Shown: piece by piece, positions 26,656-39,080 of the stretch
Numbering within the stretch: position 1 is the stretch's first letter
Layout: every line of letters begins with the position of its first letter
Source of the DNA: Octopus sinensis
Lineage: Eukaryota
Length of the DNA: 64,000 nucleotides
Reading direction: 5' to 3'
NCBI RefSeq assembly: GCF_006345805.1
Contig: NC_043017.1
Location: 17,422,001-17,486,000, forward strand
Position numbers and translations under genes: made by a program
The notes under the pieces: generated by a model
What the model was told of the DNA's origin: nothing
Database searches by the model: none
The model's input: the letters and a program-made list of their open reading frames with translations, nothing else

Positions 26656-27372
26656 TATACCGATAATAAACACACGCGCTGGTTCTATTTCCCGTCTTTC
26701 CTATTTTTTGTAAAGTGGTAAACTATTTAACCAATTAACTAATCAATTATTTGCCTAAATTGTTCGAGCAATCAATCAAGCAGCTAGGTGTGACAAAAGC
26801 CTTCCGTAGTTCGCGACTTCATAAAGAAACAAACAGACTTAAAGCAGACGTGGAGTAGGGGGTGGTTTATGTCATTGATAAGGTCGGGATAATGACAAAA
26901 GGTTTGATAAACCTAGTTGATTGACTGATTGATTGAACGATTAACCAAACAATTGATTAGTTGGTTTGTTAAATGATTAACCAATTTATAAATGAAAAAT
27001 GAAGAAGTGGAACAGAACCAGTGCGTATGCTTTTATTGTTGGCACAATGATCTTCACAAGATACAACCAATACGATTCATAGAAAAAATAATGTGTATTT
27101 CGTTTTCGATGAAAAGCTGCGATGCCAGGTTTTGTGGTCTTAGATGTTACGAAAAAATAAAGAATGGGTTTGAAAATGTAAAGCAGCAGCTCAGTGGAAC
27201 TATTAATTTGGTGTATTCTAGAGGAGAAATACTGTCAATTAATGCAGTGGAGCAGTGGAAAGAATCAATATCGATATTGAAAATTTATTGAATTTATGGA
27301 CAAAATATTGTTTTCTATTTTCCGAACAGCTGCGAAAATATTGTCAATATTTTGTTACTATAGAATATCAGG

Positions 27373-27418
<46 letters not shown>

Positions 27419-27544
27419 CATCTCTCTCTTTCTTTCCTCCCCCTCTCTCTTTTTCTTTCTCTTTCTCTCACTCTCAGCCAAAAGACATAGCTGCCATTGC
27501 ATATTTTGAAAAATTACAAAACAAGAACCGGCCAAAACCACCAA

Positions 27545-27633
27545 TACTTCATTTACTACTACCACTACTACTACTACAGCAGCATTTCCTGCTGCTGCTG
27601 CTGCAGCTACGACTACAAGTACTACTACTGCTG

Positions 27634-27664
<31 letters not shown>

Positions 27665-27755
27665 AACTGCTACTACTACTACTGCTGCTACTACAACTAC
27701 AACTATTAATATTATTATTGTTATTATTATTATTATTATTATTAATATTATTCAT
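27545..27755. repeat. compound trinucleotide array (TAC/TGC/TAT)
   Basis: Direct inspection. Confidence 0.93.
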
Positions 27756-27769
27756 ATACGCTCAACAGA

Positions 27770-28210
27770 ATAGACTGTTGGAAAAGAAAAGAATCCTAAT
27801 ATCGGGCTACAACAAGTTGCCTTAGATGCCAAGAACCCTTCTAAGTATCCTAGCTGTCCCTAATAACACTGTTTTCTGCAGGTGTACTAAACTGGGTTTT
27901 AACCCTATTTCGCTATCCATCTGTTCAGATCTTTAGAGATAGCTCCCAATGCACCTATAACTACTCGGATATATTTTACCTGCACTTTCCATAGTCTCTG
28001 TAAATCAATAGCTAAGTCCTTTGCTATTTTTTCTATATTTCTCATATTAATTTTTTTCATTTGGGACAGTAACGTCAATTAACTGGCGCTTTCTATTCTC
28101 TTTATCTACTTCTACTAACTCAGGCCTTCTAGCTTCTATTACTCTGTCAGTCTGAATGTTAAAGTCCCACAACATCTTGTACTTCTTACTTTCTAGTACG
28201 GATATTGGTT
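27770..28210 (-). mobile_element. R4/Dong-clade non-LTR element, restriction-like endonuclease C-terminus
   Basis: KMLWDFNIQTDRVIEARRPELV.VDKE..QLIDVTVP..YEKY..LAIDLQRLWKVQV..VVIGALGAI; 3' end abuts (AAT)n. Confidence 0.8.
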
Positions 28211-28504
28211 GTAAATACACCAACATCGGTAGTCAAACGATGAGGGGGCACGAACACAGACACACACATAAATAAATAAATATATATATATATATATAAT
28301 ATATATATATATATATGGGTGGGTGGGTATGTGTGCGTGTGTATGTATATATACGACGGACTTCTTTCAGTTTCCTTCCACTCACAAGACTTTGGTCAGA
28401 CCGAGGCTGTAGAAGACGCTTGCCCAAGGTGCCACGCAGCGGGACTGAACCTGGAACCATGTGGTTGGGAAACAAGCTTCTTACCACACAGCTATACCTG
28501 TACC

Positions 28505-28535
<31 letters not shown>

Positions 28536-28541
28536 TATATA

Positions 28542-28596
<55 letters not shown>

Positions 28597-28856
28597 GTAC
28601 CCAATACTCCCCCGATTAGGTTCTGAAACCTGTCCCTTGTAATCCCCATCATTAGCATAACAATGTCTTCTTTAGTAATAAGTACTTGATTAACAAAACA
28701 ATGGTTGGTGTAGGAACTAGCTTTATTAACAACACAATACTGACAGGAATAAAGGGTGCGTATTATTAGCAGGACAATGGTGAAACGGTGACAGTGGGTG
28801 ACCGTATATAATCTGATTGATTATATGCTTGTGTGTGTGTGTGTGTGAACATTATG

Positions 28857-28899
<43 letters not shown>

Positions 28900-29537
28900 T
28901 ATATATGTATGAATTTATACATACTTACATACATACATACATACATAAGAAAATCGTCTGTCTGAGAAAGGCTACATTGTCTTATTTCTTTTCCTTGACA
29001 ACAAAAGATTAGATTTTGAAAAAACTTGTTTGGAAACATTTTGTTTCTGTTTTTTTTTTTCTTTACGAAATCTTAAAGAAACTGATTCCCCTTTCAGTGC
29101 CAAGTATTTATCGACACCATTTGCTCAAAGATACATTTATACATATATCTGCATTGTATTAGTTTGGCTGTAATAAATTTGTTTTCTAATGATTTATGCT
29201 TTGCGTCAACAAAAGTTGCAATTGAATATCTGTCACACACTGTTTCAGATTACAATTGCAAATTGGTGAGGGCATGGCGGTCGTTCAGGTCAATGCATAT
29301 ATATATATATATATATTACATGTGTGTGTATATATGTGTGTATGAAAAAAATAATAACCGATGGCAGTCAATTTCTTTGTTGATCAAAAAACTTTTCTCC
29401 ATTTTCTGCTTAATTTATATATATATATATAAAATCCTCCTTCTTCCTTTCCTTTCCTGGGAGTCCAATAACACTATACTTGTTCCACGTCCTCGTGTTT
29501 TTCATGTTTGGGTTAACTTTACATATATATATATATA

Positions 29538-29630
29538 CTAGCAGTATCGCCCGGCGTTGCTCGGGTTGTTTCGACCATTAGAATTGGAATTTTTGAAAAG
29601 TAAAAAATTTGCATTATGTAGCTTGTTTTT
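29538..29630 (-). mobile_element. 3' end fragment of the same Helitron-type family
   Basis: ctagcagtatcgcccggcgttgctcggg identical in structure to 18159 onward; CCCG/CGGG hairpin. Confidence 0.65.
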
Positions 29631-29638
29631 ATTTATTT

Positions 29639-30140
<502 letters not shown>

Positions 30141-30148
30141 ATATAATA

Positions 30149-30197
<49 letters not shown>

Positions 30198-30546
30198 CCG
30201 AGTGTAATAAATGGGTGAGGCTAAAGAGATATTTTACCATTAATTTATAGAGCAATAATAAAATGGTGGGGATCAATAGGTGGTTCATCAACTTTTGAAC
30301 ATTATATTATGTCAATTTATTTATCTATTTACTAAAATAACAATTACAAGAATATACATACATGTATAACATATTATGCTTTACATATAAAATATATTAA
30401 TATATATAAAGATACCAGTAATTATTAAAATATAACATACAGGAATATAAATTAGGAAAATATCTTACAGCTGTTTCAGTCAAGAGGCGAAAATACCTCA
30501 TTCTACCACCTATTGATCCCCTCCATTTTCTTATTGCTACACACAC

Positions 30547-30574
<28 letters not shown>

Positions 30575-30577
<3 letters not shown>

Positions 30578-31495
30578 ATTAGGGAGTAAATCCAAACTTA
30601 CAGGGAAAAATTAGATTTAGGATTAAATCTAATTTTATAGTATAAATATATATGTTTATATTAAATTAGAGATAAAACCACTATTAGGCAAATCAAACAG
30701 TGAAAAACATAAGCCAATAAATAGAAATATATTAATTAATATAATATATAAAATATACAAAATATAAAATTCAAAATTGAAATTATTTAAATTTAAAGTT
30801 AAAATTTAAAAAATATTTAAATAATTAATTTATACTTATAAATTTATATATATATATATATTATTTTTTTTAAAAATATAACTATCAAAAAGAATTAAAA
30901 GTTTAGTATAAGATAAAGAGTAAAATAAAAAATATTGCTTAAATATTTTTGATTATTAATTGAATTTAAATTATTGTTATTCGAATTAGATTATGGGCAT
31001 GAAACGATCGTAGTGGTTTTACTCTTTATCTTATATTAAACTTTTTATTCTTTTTGATAGTTATATTTATTTTTAAAAAATAATAATAATATATTACGGA
31101 GATGTACTCGCATAGCAAGTAATTTGATCTGAGATCGTGTGCTGAAACGAAAACAATTGCAGCGTGGAAGGTGTTTATAAGCCATTTAAGAAACACACAA
31201 AAGCCGTTCGATTCACTTCAACATTTAAGTTTAATTTGTCAAAATATTTTCGTCGCTAAAATCCGCGACCTGTTCACTGACAAAGTCCGTGCAATATATA
31301 TATGTATATATAAATTTATAAATATAAATTAATTATTTAAATATTTTTAAAATTTAAAATTTCAATTTAAATAATTTCAATTTTGAATTTTATATTTTGT
31401 ATATTTTGTATATTATATTAATTAATTTAATTCTATTTATTGGTTTATGTTTTTCACTGTTTGATTTGCCTAATAGTGGTTTTATCTCTAATTTA

Positions 31496-31505
<10 letters not shown>
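30575..31505. repeat. AT-rich nested foldback element
   Basis: Outer ~200-bp inverted repeats (about 30645-30850 and 31305-31505) enclose an inner ~65-bp inverted repeat and a mixed-sequence block. Confidence 0.72.
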
Positions 31506-31556
<51 letters not shown>

Positions 31557-32431
31557 CGTACTAGATGGATGTACGTGTGTGCGAGCATATGTTTTCTGAG
31601 TATGCGTGTGAGTGCGCGCGAGAGCGTAGCGCCAACAGATTCCAGAGAATTTATTCATTTTCCTGTCTTCTAATTCCTCGCATGAAATTCCTCTCAAAAC
31701 AAAGAACTTCCCTTTCCATCAGATGTTTCCATTCTACAGAATATAAAAACCTTTCTGTATTTTGGCATCTTTGATGATTGCAACATCGCCCTATTTTTTC
31801 AGAGGGTCCCTTCTATAAACAGCAACCACACCTCTGTCGCCACCTCCAACACCGCCGTCACCTTCACCGTCATCGTCGAGTACACTTCTATCTGCCCTGC
31901 AGTCTTCAACACCATCCCTACATCCTCCACCACCACCACCACTCCCTCTACGACGAGCACCGCTACCACCGCCGTCATCCTCAAACGCAACTTCACCCAT
32001 ACAGCTTCACCATCACTACAACCACACAACCCCATATCATCACACCCGCCCACGCCAAAGCACTACCACCATCGACATCATCAATATCATCAACATCGTT
32101 ATCACCTTCATCACTATCATCATCCCATGATCATCATCACCACCACCACCATCAACATCATCATAATCTTCATCGTTAGTCTCACTTCCCCGTCCACTAT
32201 TACTAACTTTAACAGCTTTGTCGTAACTTACTAAAAATAGCAACTAAATGTCTCTGCAATGACATCACTACCTTCTTTAAAACAAAAGAACCATTGAATG
32301 TTGTCTGAGGTGAACGTCAGTCAGGAATGCCACAGCTAGAATGACCTTGATCATAAGTTTGATCGATCACTTCTATCGCCACCATTACCGCCACATACAT
32401 ACATATGTATGTACTCTATGTGCATTTGCAG

Positions 32432-32521
32432 TTACTCTATCCGGATTACAAGTTGGGCAACTCAAAACCAGAAAGGAGAAAGCTACTTCGAAGACTACAG
32501 ATCCAATCCATCACTGGAAAT
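32432..32521 (+). CDS. candidate exon (LLYPDYKLGNSKPERRKLLRRLQIQSITGN)
   Basis: catttgCAG acceptor, AAT|GTAAAA donor, 90 nt; phase 0 to 0 reading joins both neighbours (all three frames are open, so the frame is inferred from the neighbours). Confidence 0.62.
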
Positions 32522-32739
32522 GTAAAAATCTGAAAAACTTTGCAGTTGTATGTCATTTAAATATATATAAGCGTGTCTAGATATGTAACTATATGCATGA
32601 GAATACATACATACATACATACATACATACATACATACATACATACATACATACATACATACATACATACATACAGGCTGCCCCTCGTTATCGAGTATGG
32701 CCATTGCACGAAGCTTAATCAATGTTGTTATCGTGCAAT

Positions 32740-33230
32740 ACCTGTGCAAGAAGATTTTTTTTAAAGTGAGGAAAGGCTGTGCAATGAGTCGATCCCACTC
32801 ACAAAGCAACAGCAGCCATAATCCGAAAAGAAGAATAAGTCAAGATCATCGGTAACCACTGAGCCGCAGGTTTTATGTCGGAGTTATCCCAGTTACCTGA
32901 GTTACCTTCTCCTAGGAGGATGCCCTAACAAAGGCTAGGAGTCCTTCACTTCCAATGGTTTAACCGCGCGATCGGGTATTCAGTCCGATTATTTCTATGT
33001 CCCCGCGCATGATACAGCTTTAAGACATTTATTGGATGGCCGTTGACTCTCAAGAGTTCCTCCGCCCTTTGACGGGTTTTGTTTTTCATCCCGCAGGGTG
33101 TCCAATAAACATCCTCCTCACCAAGCAAGCTTGGTGGTGTTGCCGGTTTAGTCGCCGACGACCCGACCATACAACAGGTTGTACTGGGTTACATGTTACC
33201 AGTAGCACTCGAAAGTGACCTTACATAACA
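32740..33230 (-). mobile_element. RTE-like LINE 5' region fragment
   Basis: GC-richer block with gggcatcctcctaggagaaggtaactc, resembling RTE 5'UTR motifs; no intact ORF. Confidence 0.45.
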
Positions 33231-33423
33231 TACATGCATGCATGCATACATACATACTACATACATACATACATACATGCATACATACATGCATGCATAC
33301 ATACATACAAACAATAATACCCTGTTGCTGATGTTGAAATTCCAATGAAGGAGCCTTGTATCTATGTTAGAAACCGGTTCTTTCTCTACTGGCAAGAAAT
33401 CTTCAAATAAAACTGAATAATGG

Positions 33424-33635
33424 CATGCATGCATGCATGCATGCATGCATGCATGCATGCATGCATACATACATACATACATACATACATACATACATAC
33501 ATACATACATACATACATACATACATACATACATACATACATACATACATACATACATACATACATACATACATACATACATACATACATACATACATAC
33601 ATACATACATACATACATACATACATACATACATG
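33424..33635. repeat. (TGCA)n + (TACA)n tetranucleotide array
   Basis: Direct inspection. Confidence 0.97.
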
Positions 33636-33932
33636 GAGAGAGAGAGAGACATGTACATCGCAACCACCACCACAGTCATCAAGTACATTTCCATCACCAC
33701 AAACATCAATATCAGCAGCAATATCATCATCATCATGACCACAACTATTATCGTCTTCGACGCCTTCGTCGTCGTATTCATCTTCAACTGCTACAATCGT
33801 CCATTACTCCTCTTCTTCCCCACCTTTCCACTTCCATTCCCACCATTCCTCTAAATTCTACAAACCAGTCCGGCCCAAAATTTTCTCACATTTCATTCTT
33901 CAACACCGCGTCCTTTCACAACTTTGTTGTTA

Positions 33933-33965
<33 letters not shown>

Positions 33966-34080
33966 CAGCAGCACCAGCAGCAGTAGTTGTTGTTGTTGTT
34001 GTTGTTGTGGTGGTGGTGGTTGTGGTGGTGATGGTGATTGAGGTAGTTCTTATTGTTGTTGTTGTTTTATACCTTGTCAG

Positions 34081-34197
34081 GTGGGATCGATCAGACCGCT
34101 TATCAAACGGATTTCAACTGCGACCATTACGACTTTTTTTCAGTTACAGTGTATCTGGGAGGACATCCAAAATCTTCTCCCATTTTTGAAGACATAA
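34081..34197 (+). CDS. candidate terminal exon (VGSIRPLIKRISTATITTFFQLQCIWEDIQNLLPFLKT*)
   Basis: ccttgtCAG acceptor at 34080, phase 0, TAA at 34195-34197. Confidence 0.6.
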   Translation: MGSIRPLIKRISTATITTFFQLQCIWEDIQNLLPFLKT

Positions 34198-34349
34198 CGT
34201 AATTTTATTGCTGTGTGTGTAGTTCGCGTCTGAATTAACGTACAACTCCACTTCACTGAATGCAAAGAAAATTAACATAAAACGTTACAAGTTAAATCTC
34301 AAAGGATATTACAGACCCTTAAAAAAACTGCATCGGTATATCTTATATC

Positions 34350-34577
34350 GGCGAGCTGGCAGAAACGTTAGCACGCTGGGCGAAATGCTTTGTGGTATTT
34401 CATCCGCCACTGCGTTCTGAGTTCAAATTCCGCCGAGGTCGACTTTGCCTTTCATCCTTTCGGGGTCGATAAATTAAGTACCAGTTATGCACTGGGATCG
34501 ATGTAATCGACTTAATACTTATGTATGTCCTTGTTTGTCCCTTCTGTGTTTAGCCCCTTGTGGGTAATAAAGAAATA
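34350..34577 (+). mobile_element. full-length tRNA-head SINE with Nin/Deu-like core (family B)
   Basis: A/B-box-like motifs, core gcctttcatcctttcggggtcgataaattaagtacc; 15-bp TSD ggtatatcttatatc. Confidence 0.9.
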
Positions 34578-35137
34578 GGTATATCTTATATCCTGATGTT
34601 GGGTAAATAATTTAACGAAACAAGGGGAAAGAAAGTATTCACACAACGCCCTACTATTACTATTACACGAAGCTAAACGTTCTCTGCCAACGGATCACAG
34701 TGAACTGCTTACTCTGGCCTGCTGAGAGTTCTTTATTTTATAGTAATGTGTCAGTTCCTTTTAGTCACATGCGCGTGCTCGGAATCCTGTCACAATATCT
34801 CAAACTCTGCTCAGAGTTTTATTATCTTTTACGCTTAGGGTTCTATTCCAGTGTTTCCGTTCTTTTCCGTCAACTGGTGCTAGCATGTGTAGTTTCAAAT
34901 TGTTTGGGTGTTGGCACCTCAAACGTGTCGTACAATACTTCCATGTGGATTTCATTTTTCGTGACTGTTTTTTTTTCCGTAAATCTTTTTTTAAGTTGAT
35001 TAATATGTCTTTTACATTCGACATCTTTTCATTTTATCAGGAATAACATTGTTCCAGTTTGTTTAAATAACACTTGTCAACAAAATGAAACTTTTGGGGA
35101 TTTAGGGAGGATTCCGTAAAAAAAAAATCAATATACA

Positions 35138-35525
35138 GGCGCAGGAGTGGCTGTGGGATAAGTAGCTTGTTTACCAACCACATGGTTCCGGGTTCAGTCC
35201 CACTCCGTGGCACCTTGGGCAAGTGTCTTCTACTATAGCCTTGGGCCGACCAAAGCCTTGTGAGTGGATTTGGTAGACAGAAACTGAAAGAAGCCCGTCG
35301 TATATATGTATATTTATGTATGTGTCTGTGTTTGTCCCCCTAGCATTTCTTGATAACCGATGTCGGTATGTATAAATCCCCGTCGCCTTAGCGGTCCGGC
35401 AAAAGAGACCGATAGAATAAGTACTAGGCTTACAAAGAATAAGTCCCGGAGTCGATTTGCTCAACTAGAGGCGGTGTTCCAGCATGGCCGCAGTCAAATG
35501 ACTGAAACAAGTAAAAGAGTAAAAG
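35138..35525 (+). mobile_element. full-length SINE family A
   Basis: Same consensus. Confidence 0.88.
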
Positions 35526-35859
35526 TGATTATATATACATTTTACCTGAAGTTATGACGGGAAAATGGGATCTTGTGAATTTTCCGAAAATCCTCTCTCT
35601 ACCCCACCTCCTACCCCTGGGTCGTCAGCGTGCATTTTTTTTCATATTCGTTTTCCATGCACTTGCTAACACCCCCCACCCACCAAAGGCTGTTTTTTTT
35701 TTTTTTGTCCCAGGTGAAGGTCTTTATATTGACCCAAACTGCTGAATAGTGGGTGCAGATAAACTATGATGATTGATGGTTCCAATACTTTTGATTCATA
35801 TCCATGTTATAACTTATACTGATAGCTACTATATGTATGTATATATATATATATATAGA

Positions 35860-35911
<52 letters not shown>

Positions 35912-36554
35912 GGAATATAGAGAGGTAGAAGGTGAATATATACTAAATTGGAGTAAAAGAAATGTTCTAGAAAATAACACGTTAATAAAAGATAAAATAA
36001 CGATGAATGAGTAGAGAAGGGAGGTAACTCTATCAGTGTAGATAAAGTTATCTCCCTGTATATCTTTAGAGATTGCTATAAAGTTTAATGCAATACAGTT
36101 TGGTGACTTTACAATATATGTTAAATTAACGACAAGATAAAAAGGATCTCGCAACAAATTATATTTTTAGAAACTCACTTTATAGCTTCAATAACTAAGC
36201 AAATTCACATTATAGCTTCAATGTGCATATATTAATCTATATATGTATATGTGTATGTATGCTTTTGGGTGTATATGTGAATGTATACATTAGTACATAC
36301 ATATATAAAGAGGTTAATGTGTGTGTGTGCGTGTGTGTGTGCATGTGTGTGTGAGTATGTGTGTGCGTGTGTGCGTGCGTGTGTGTGGTTGCACGGACGA
36401 CAACCTTGTGCACGTCTCCATGTCTCGGACTGAGGTCGTATGGATGCACGGATGCACATGAATAATTGTACGTCTAATTTAAATATACACATTGATGTGT
36501 TTATGTATCTAGGTGAGTACACTTATGGGTGTGTATAGTGTATATATATGTGTG

Positions 36555-36606
<52 letters not shown>

Positions 36607-36921
36607 CGTATGTGTGTTTTTGTGCCTGTGTTTGTCCCCCAACACTTGGCAACTGGTGCTGGTGTTTACATCCCCGTAACTTAGCAGTTCGACAAAAGAG
36701 ATTGATAGATAAACTTAATTCGACTTTAAAATTCTCAAAGTGGTGCCCCAGCATGGCCACAGTCTAATGACTGAAACAAGAAAGATTAAAAGAAAGAAAA
36801 GAATATCACCCTCAAGTGACAGTGGGATGGCAGAAGGTATCACCAAACAGGTGAGATGGTCTGAATATTTGCAACACCCATAAGCATACGTACACATATA
36901 CATATATTGAATTAATATATG

Positions 36922-39080
36922 CACATCATCATCATCATCGTCGTCATTTAACGTCCGCTTTCCATGCTAGTATGGGTTGGATGATTTTGACTGAGGGCTG
37001 GCGAACCAGATGGCTGCACCAGGCTCTAATCTTGATCTGGCAGAGTTTCTACAGCTGGATGCCCTTCCTAACGCCAACCACTCCGAGAGTGTAGTGGGTG
37101 CCTTTTACGTGCCACCGGCACGGGGACCAGTCAGGCGGTATTTCGTCTGTCGTTACGTTGTGAGTTCAAATTCCGCCGAGGTCGACTTTGCCTTTCATCC
37201 TTTCGGGGTCGATAAAATAAGTACCAGTTACGCACTGGGGTCGATGTAATCGACTTAATACCTATGTCTGTCCTTGTTTGTCCCCTCTATGTTTAGCCCC
37301 TTGTGGGTAATAAAGAAATAGGTACTGGCAATGACCTCGCTCGAATCTTTTTACACGTGCCAATGAAGCGACGTTGATAACGATAACGCTCGAATGGTGC
37401 TCTTTTACGTGCCACGGGTACGGAAGCCAGTTGGCTGTTCTGGCAACGATCACGCTCGGATGGTACTCTTGGCACCCTACTAGCACAGGCATAAGTGCCA
37501 GTAAGGCGACGCTGGTAACGATCATACTCGAGTAGCCGCTCTGTCAACGATCACACTCATATGGTGCTTTTTGCACCCCGCTGGCACGGATGCCAGTCAT
37601 CGAACTGATTTTGATATGTATTTTAATTACACAGCATGGCTGTTCGTACACATGTGTCGTACAGTTTACCTTTTACTCTGAGCGAGAGGCCCTTTGTCAC
37701 CAGCAGAGGTAAGAGTTCTCTGAACTTAGCCCAAGCTATTCTTATTCTAGCAGCCACACTTTCAGTGCACCCTCCCTCGCTACTGACTTGGTCACCTAGG
37801 TAACGGAAACTATCAACTAATTCTAGTTTTTCTCCCTGGAATGTGGCGGAAGTTGTTCTCTGCACATTTTCAGTGTTATTTATAGCTCCCGAGCATCTAC
37901 CACATACGAAAACTATCCTCCCAGTTAGCCTTCCTTTGATATTGCTGCACCTCTTATGTGTCCATAGCTTACACTGGGTATATCTTATAGAGTTTCTACC
38001 TACGCCTTTTCTACAGATCGAGCCATCTGCCTGAAGGGATTTGCGGTTTGCCTGCCTTCCTACTTATTAGGACTTTGGTTTTAGCTAGGTTGACTCTAAG
38101 ACCCGTCGATTCTAATCCTTGTTTCCACACTTGAAACTTCTCTAGTTCTGTGAGTGACTCAGCAATTAGAGCAAGGTCGTCAGCATAGAGGAGCTCCCAG
38201 GGGCATCCTGTCTTGAATTCCTCCATTATTGCCTGGAGGACTATGATAAATAGGAGGGGGCTGAGGACTGAATCTTGGTGGACCCCTACTTCTACCCGGA
38301 ATTCTTCACTGTACTCGTTGCCAACCCTCAACTTACTGACAGCGTCCCTGTATATGGTTTGCACAGCTCTCACTAACCATTCATCTATCCCTAGTTTCCT
38401 CATTGACCACCAGATAAGGGATCGGGGGACCCTGTCAAAGGCTTTCTCCATGTCAACGAAAGCCAGGTACAGGGGCTTATCTTTGGCTAGGTATTTCTCC
38501 TGCAGCTGTCTCACCAGAAATATAGCATCAGTGGTACTTTTCCCTGGCACGAAACCAAACTGCATCTCATCCAAACTGACTGTCTCCCTAATTAGTTGGG
38601 CTATGACCCTCTCCGTGATCATTACCTGATCAAAGAGCTTGATACCTCTAATTATTTGTATCTAAAGCGTCACCTTTTCCTTTGTAGCAGTTAACTACAG
38701 TGCTGCTACACCAGTCATTGGGTATGACTCCGTGTATCACCTGGTTAATTATACGGGTAACCAGGCTATAGCCGACACTGCCAGATATTTTGAGCATCTC
38801 TGCAGTAATTCCTGATGGGCCGGGGGCTTTCCCTGTCATCATACTTTTAATTGTTTTATCTACCAAGGTACTGTCAACTCGGATAGCTGGTCCCTCTGTT
38901 GGGTCGATATTCGGCAGACTCTCTTTCTCCCATTCATTTTCTTTGTTCAGCAACCTTTCATAGTGGCGTCTCCAAACCTCTTTCTTTGCAGCCTCATTTA
39001 GTGCAAGAGAACCATCATCCATGTGGACACATTTCTCTCCTACAACATCATGATTCTCTCTCACACACTGTCTCGCAATC
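36922..39080 (-). mobile_element. 5'-truncated RTE-clade LINE (RT pseudogene with frameshifts, 3'UTR and (GAT)n tail)
   Basis: ORFs 38648..39064, 38011..38622 and 37623..37865 carry KAPGPSG, QFGFVPGKST, AFVDMEKAFDRV, GVHQDSVLSPLLF, LLYADD, FRYLG; (CAT)n tail at 36922-36945. Confidence 0.93.

Noticed and set aside
26992-27291. 99-aa plus-strand ORF
   Set aside because: No motif, no splice-phase fit and no codon signal that I can defend
31778-32243. His-rich 133-aa ORF
   Set aside because: Degenerate (CAC/CAT)n trinucleotide tract with no splice or start context
37330-37600. Repeated ~35-nt motifs with spacers, superficially CRISPR-like
   Set aside because: Degenerate internal repeats of the RTE 3'UTR in a eukaryotic context; no cas genes and non-unique spacers
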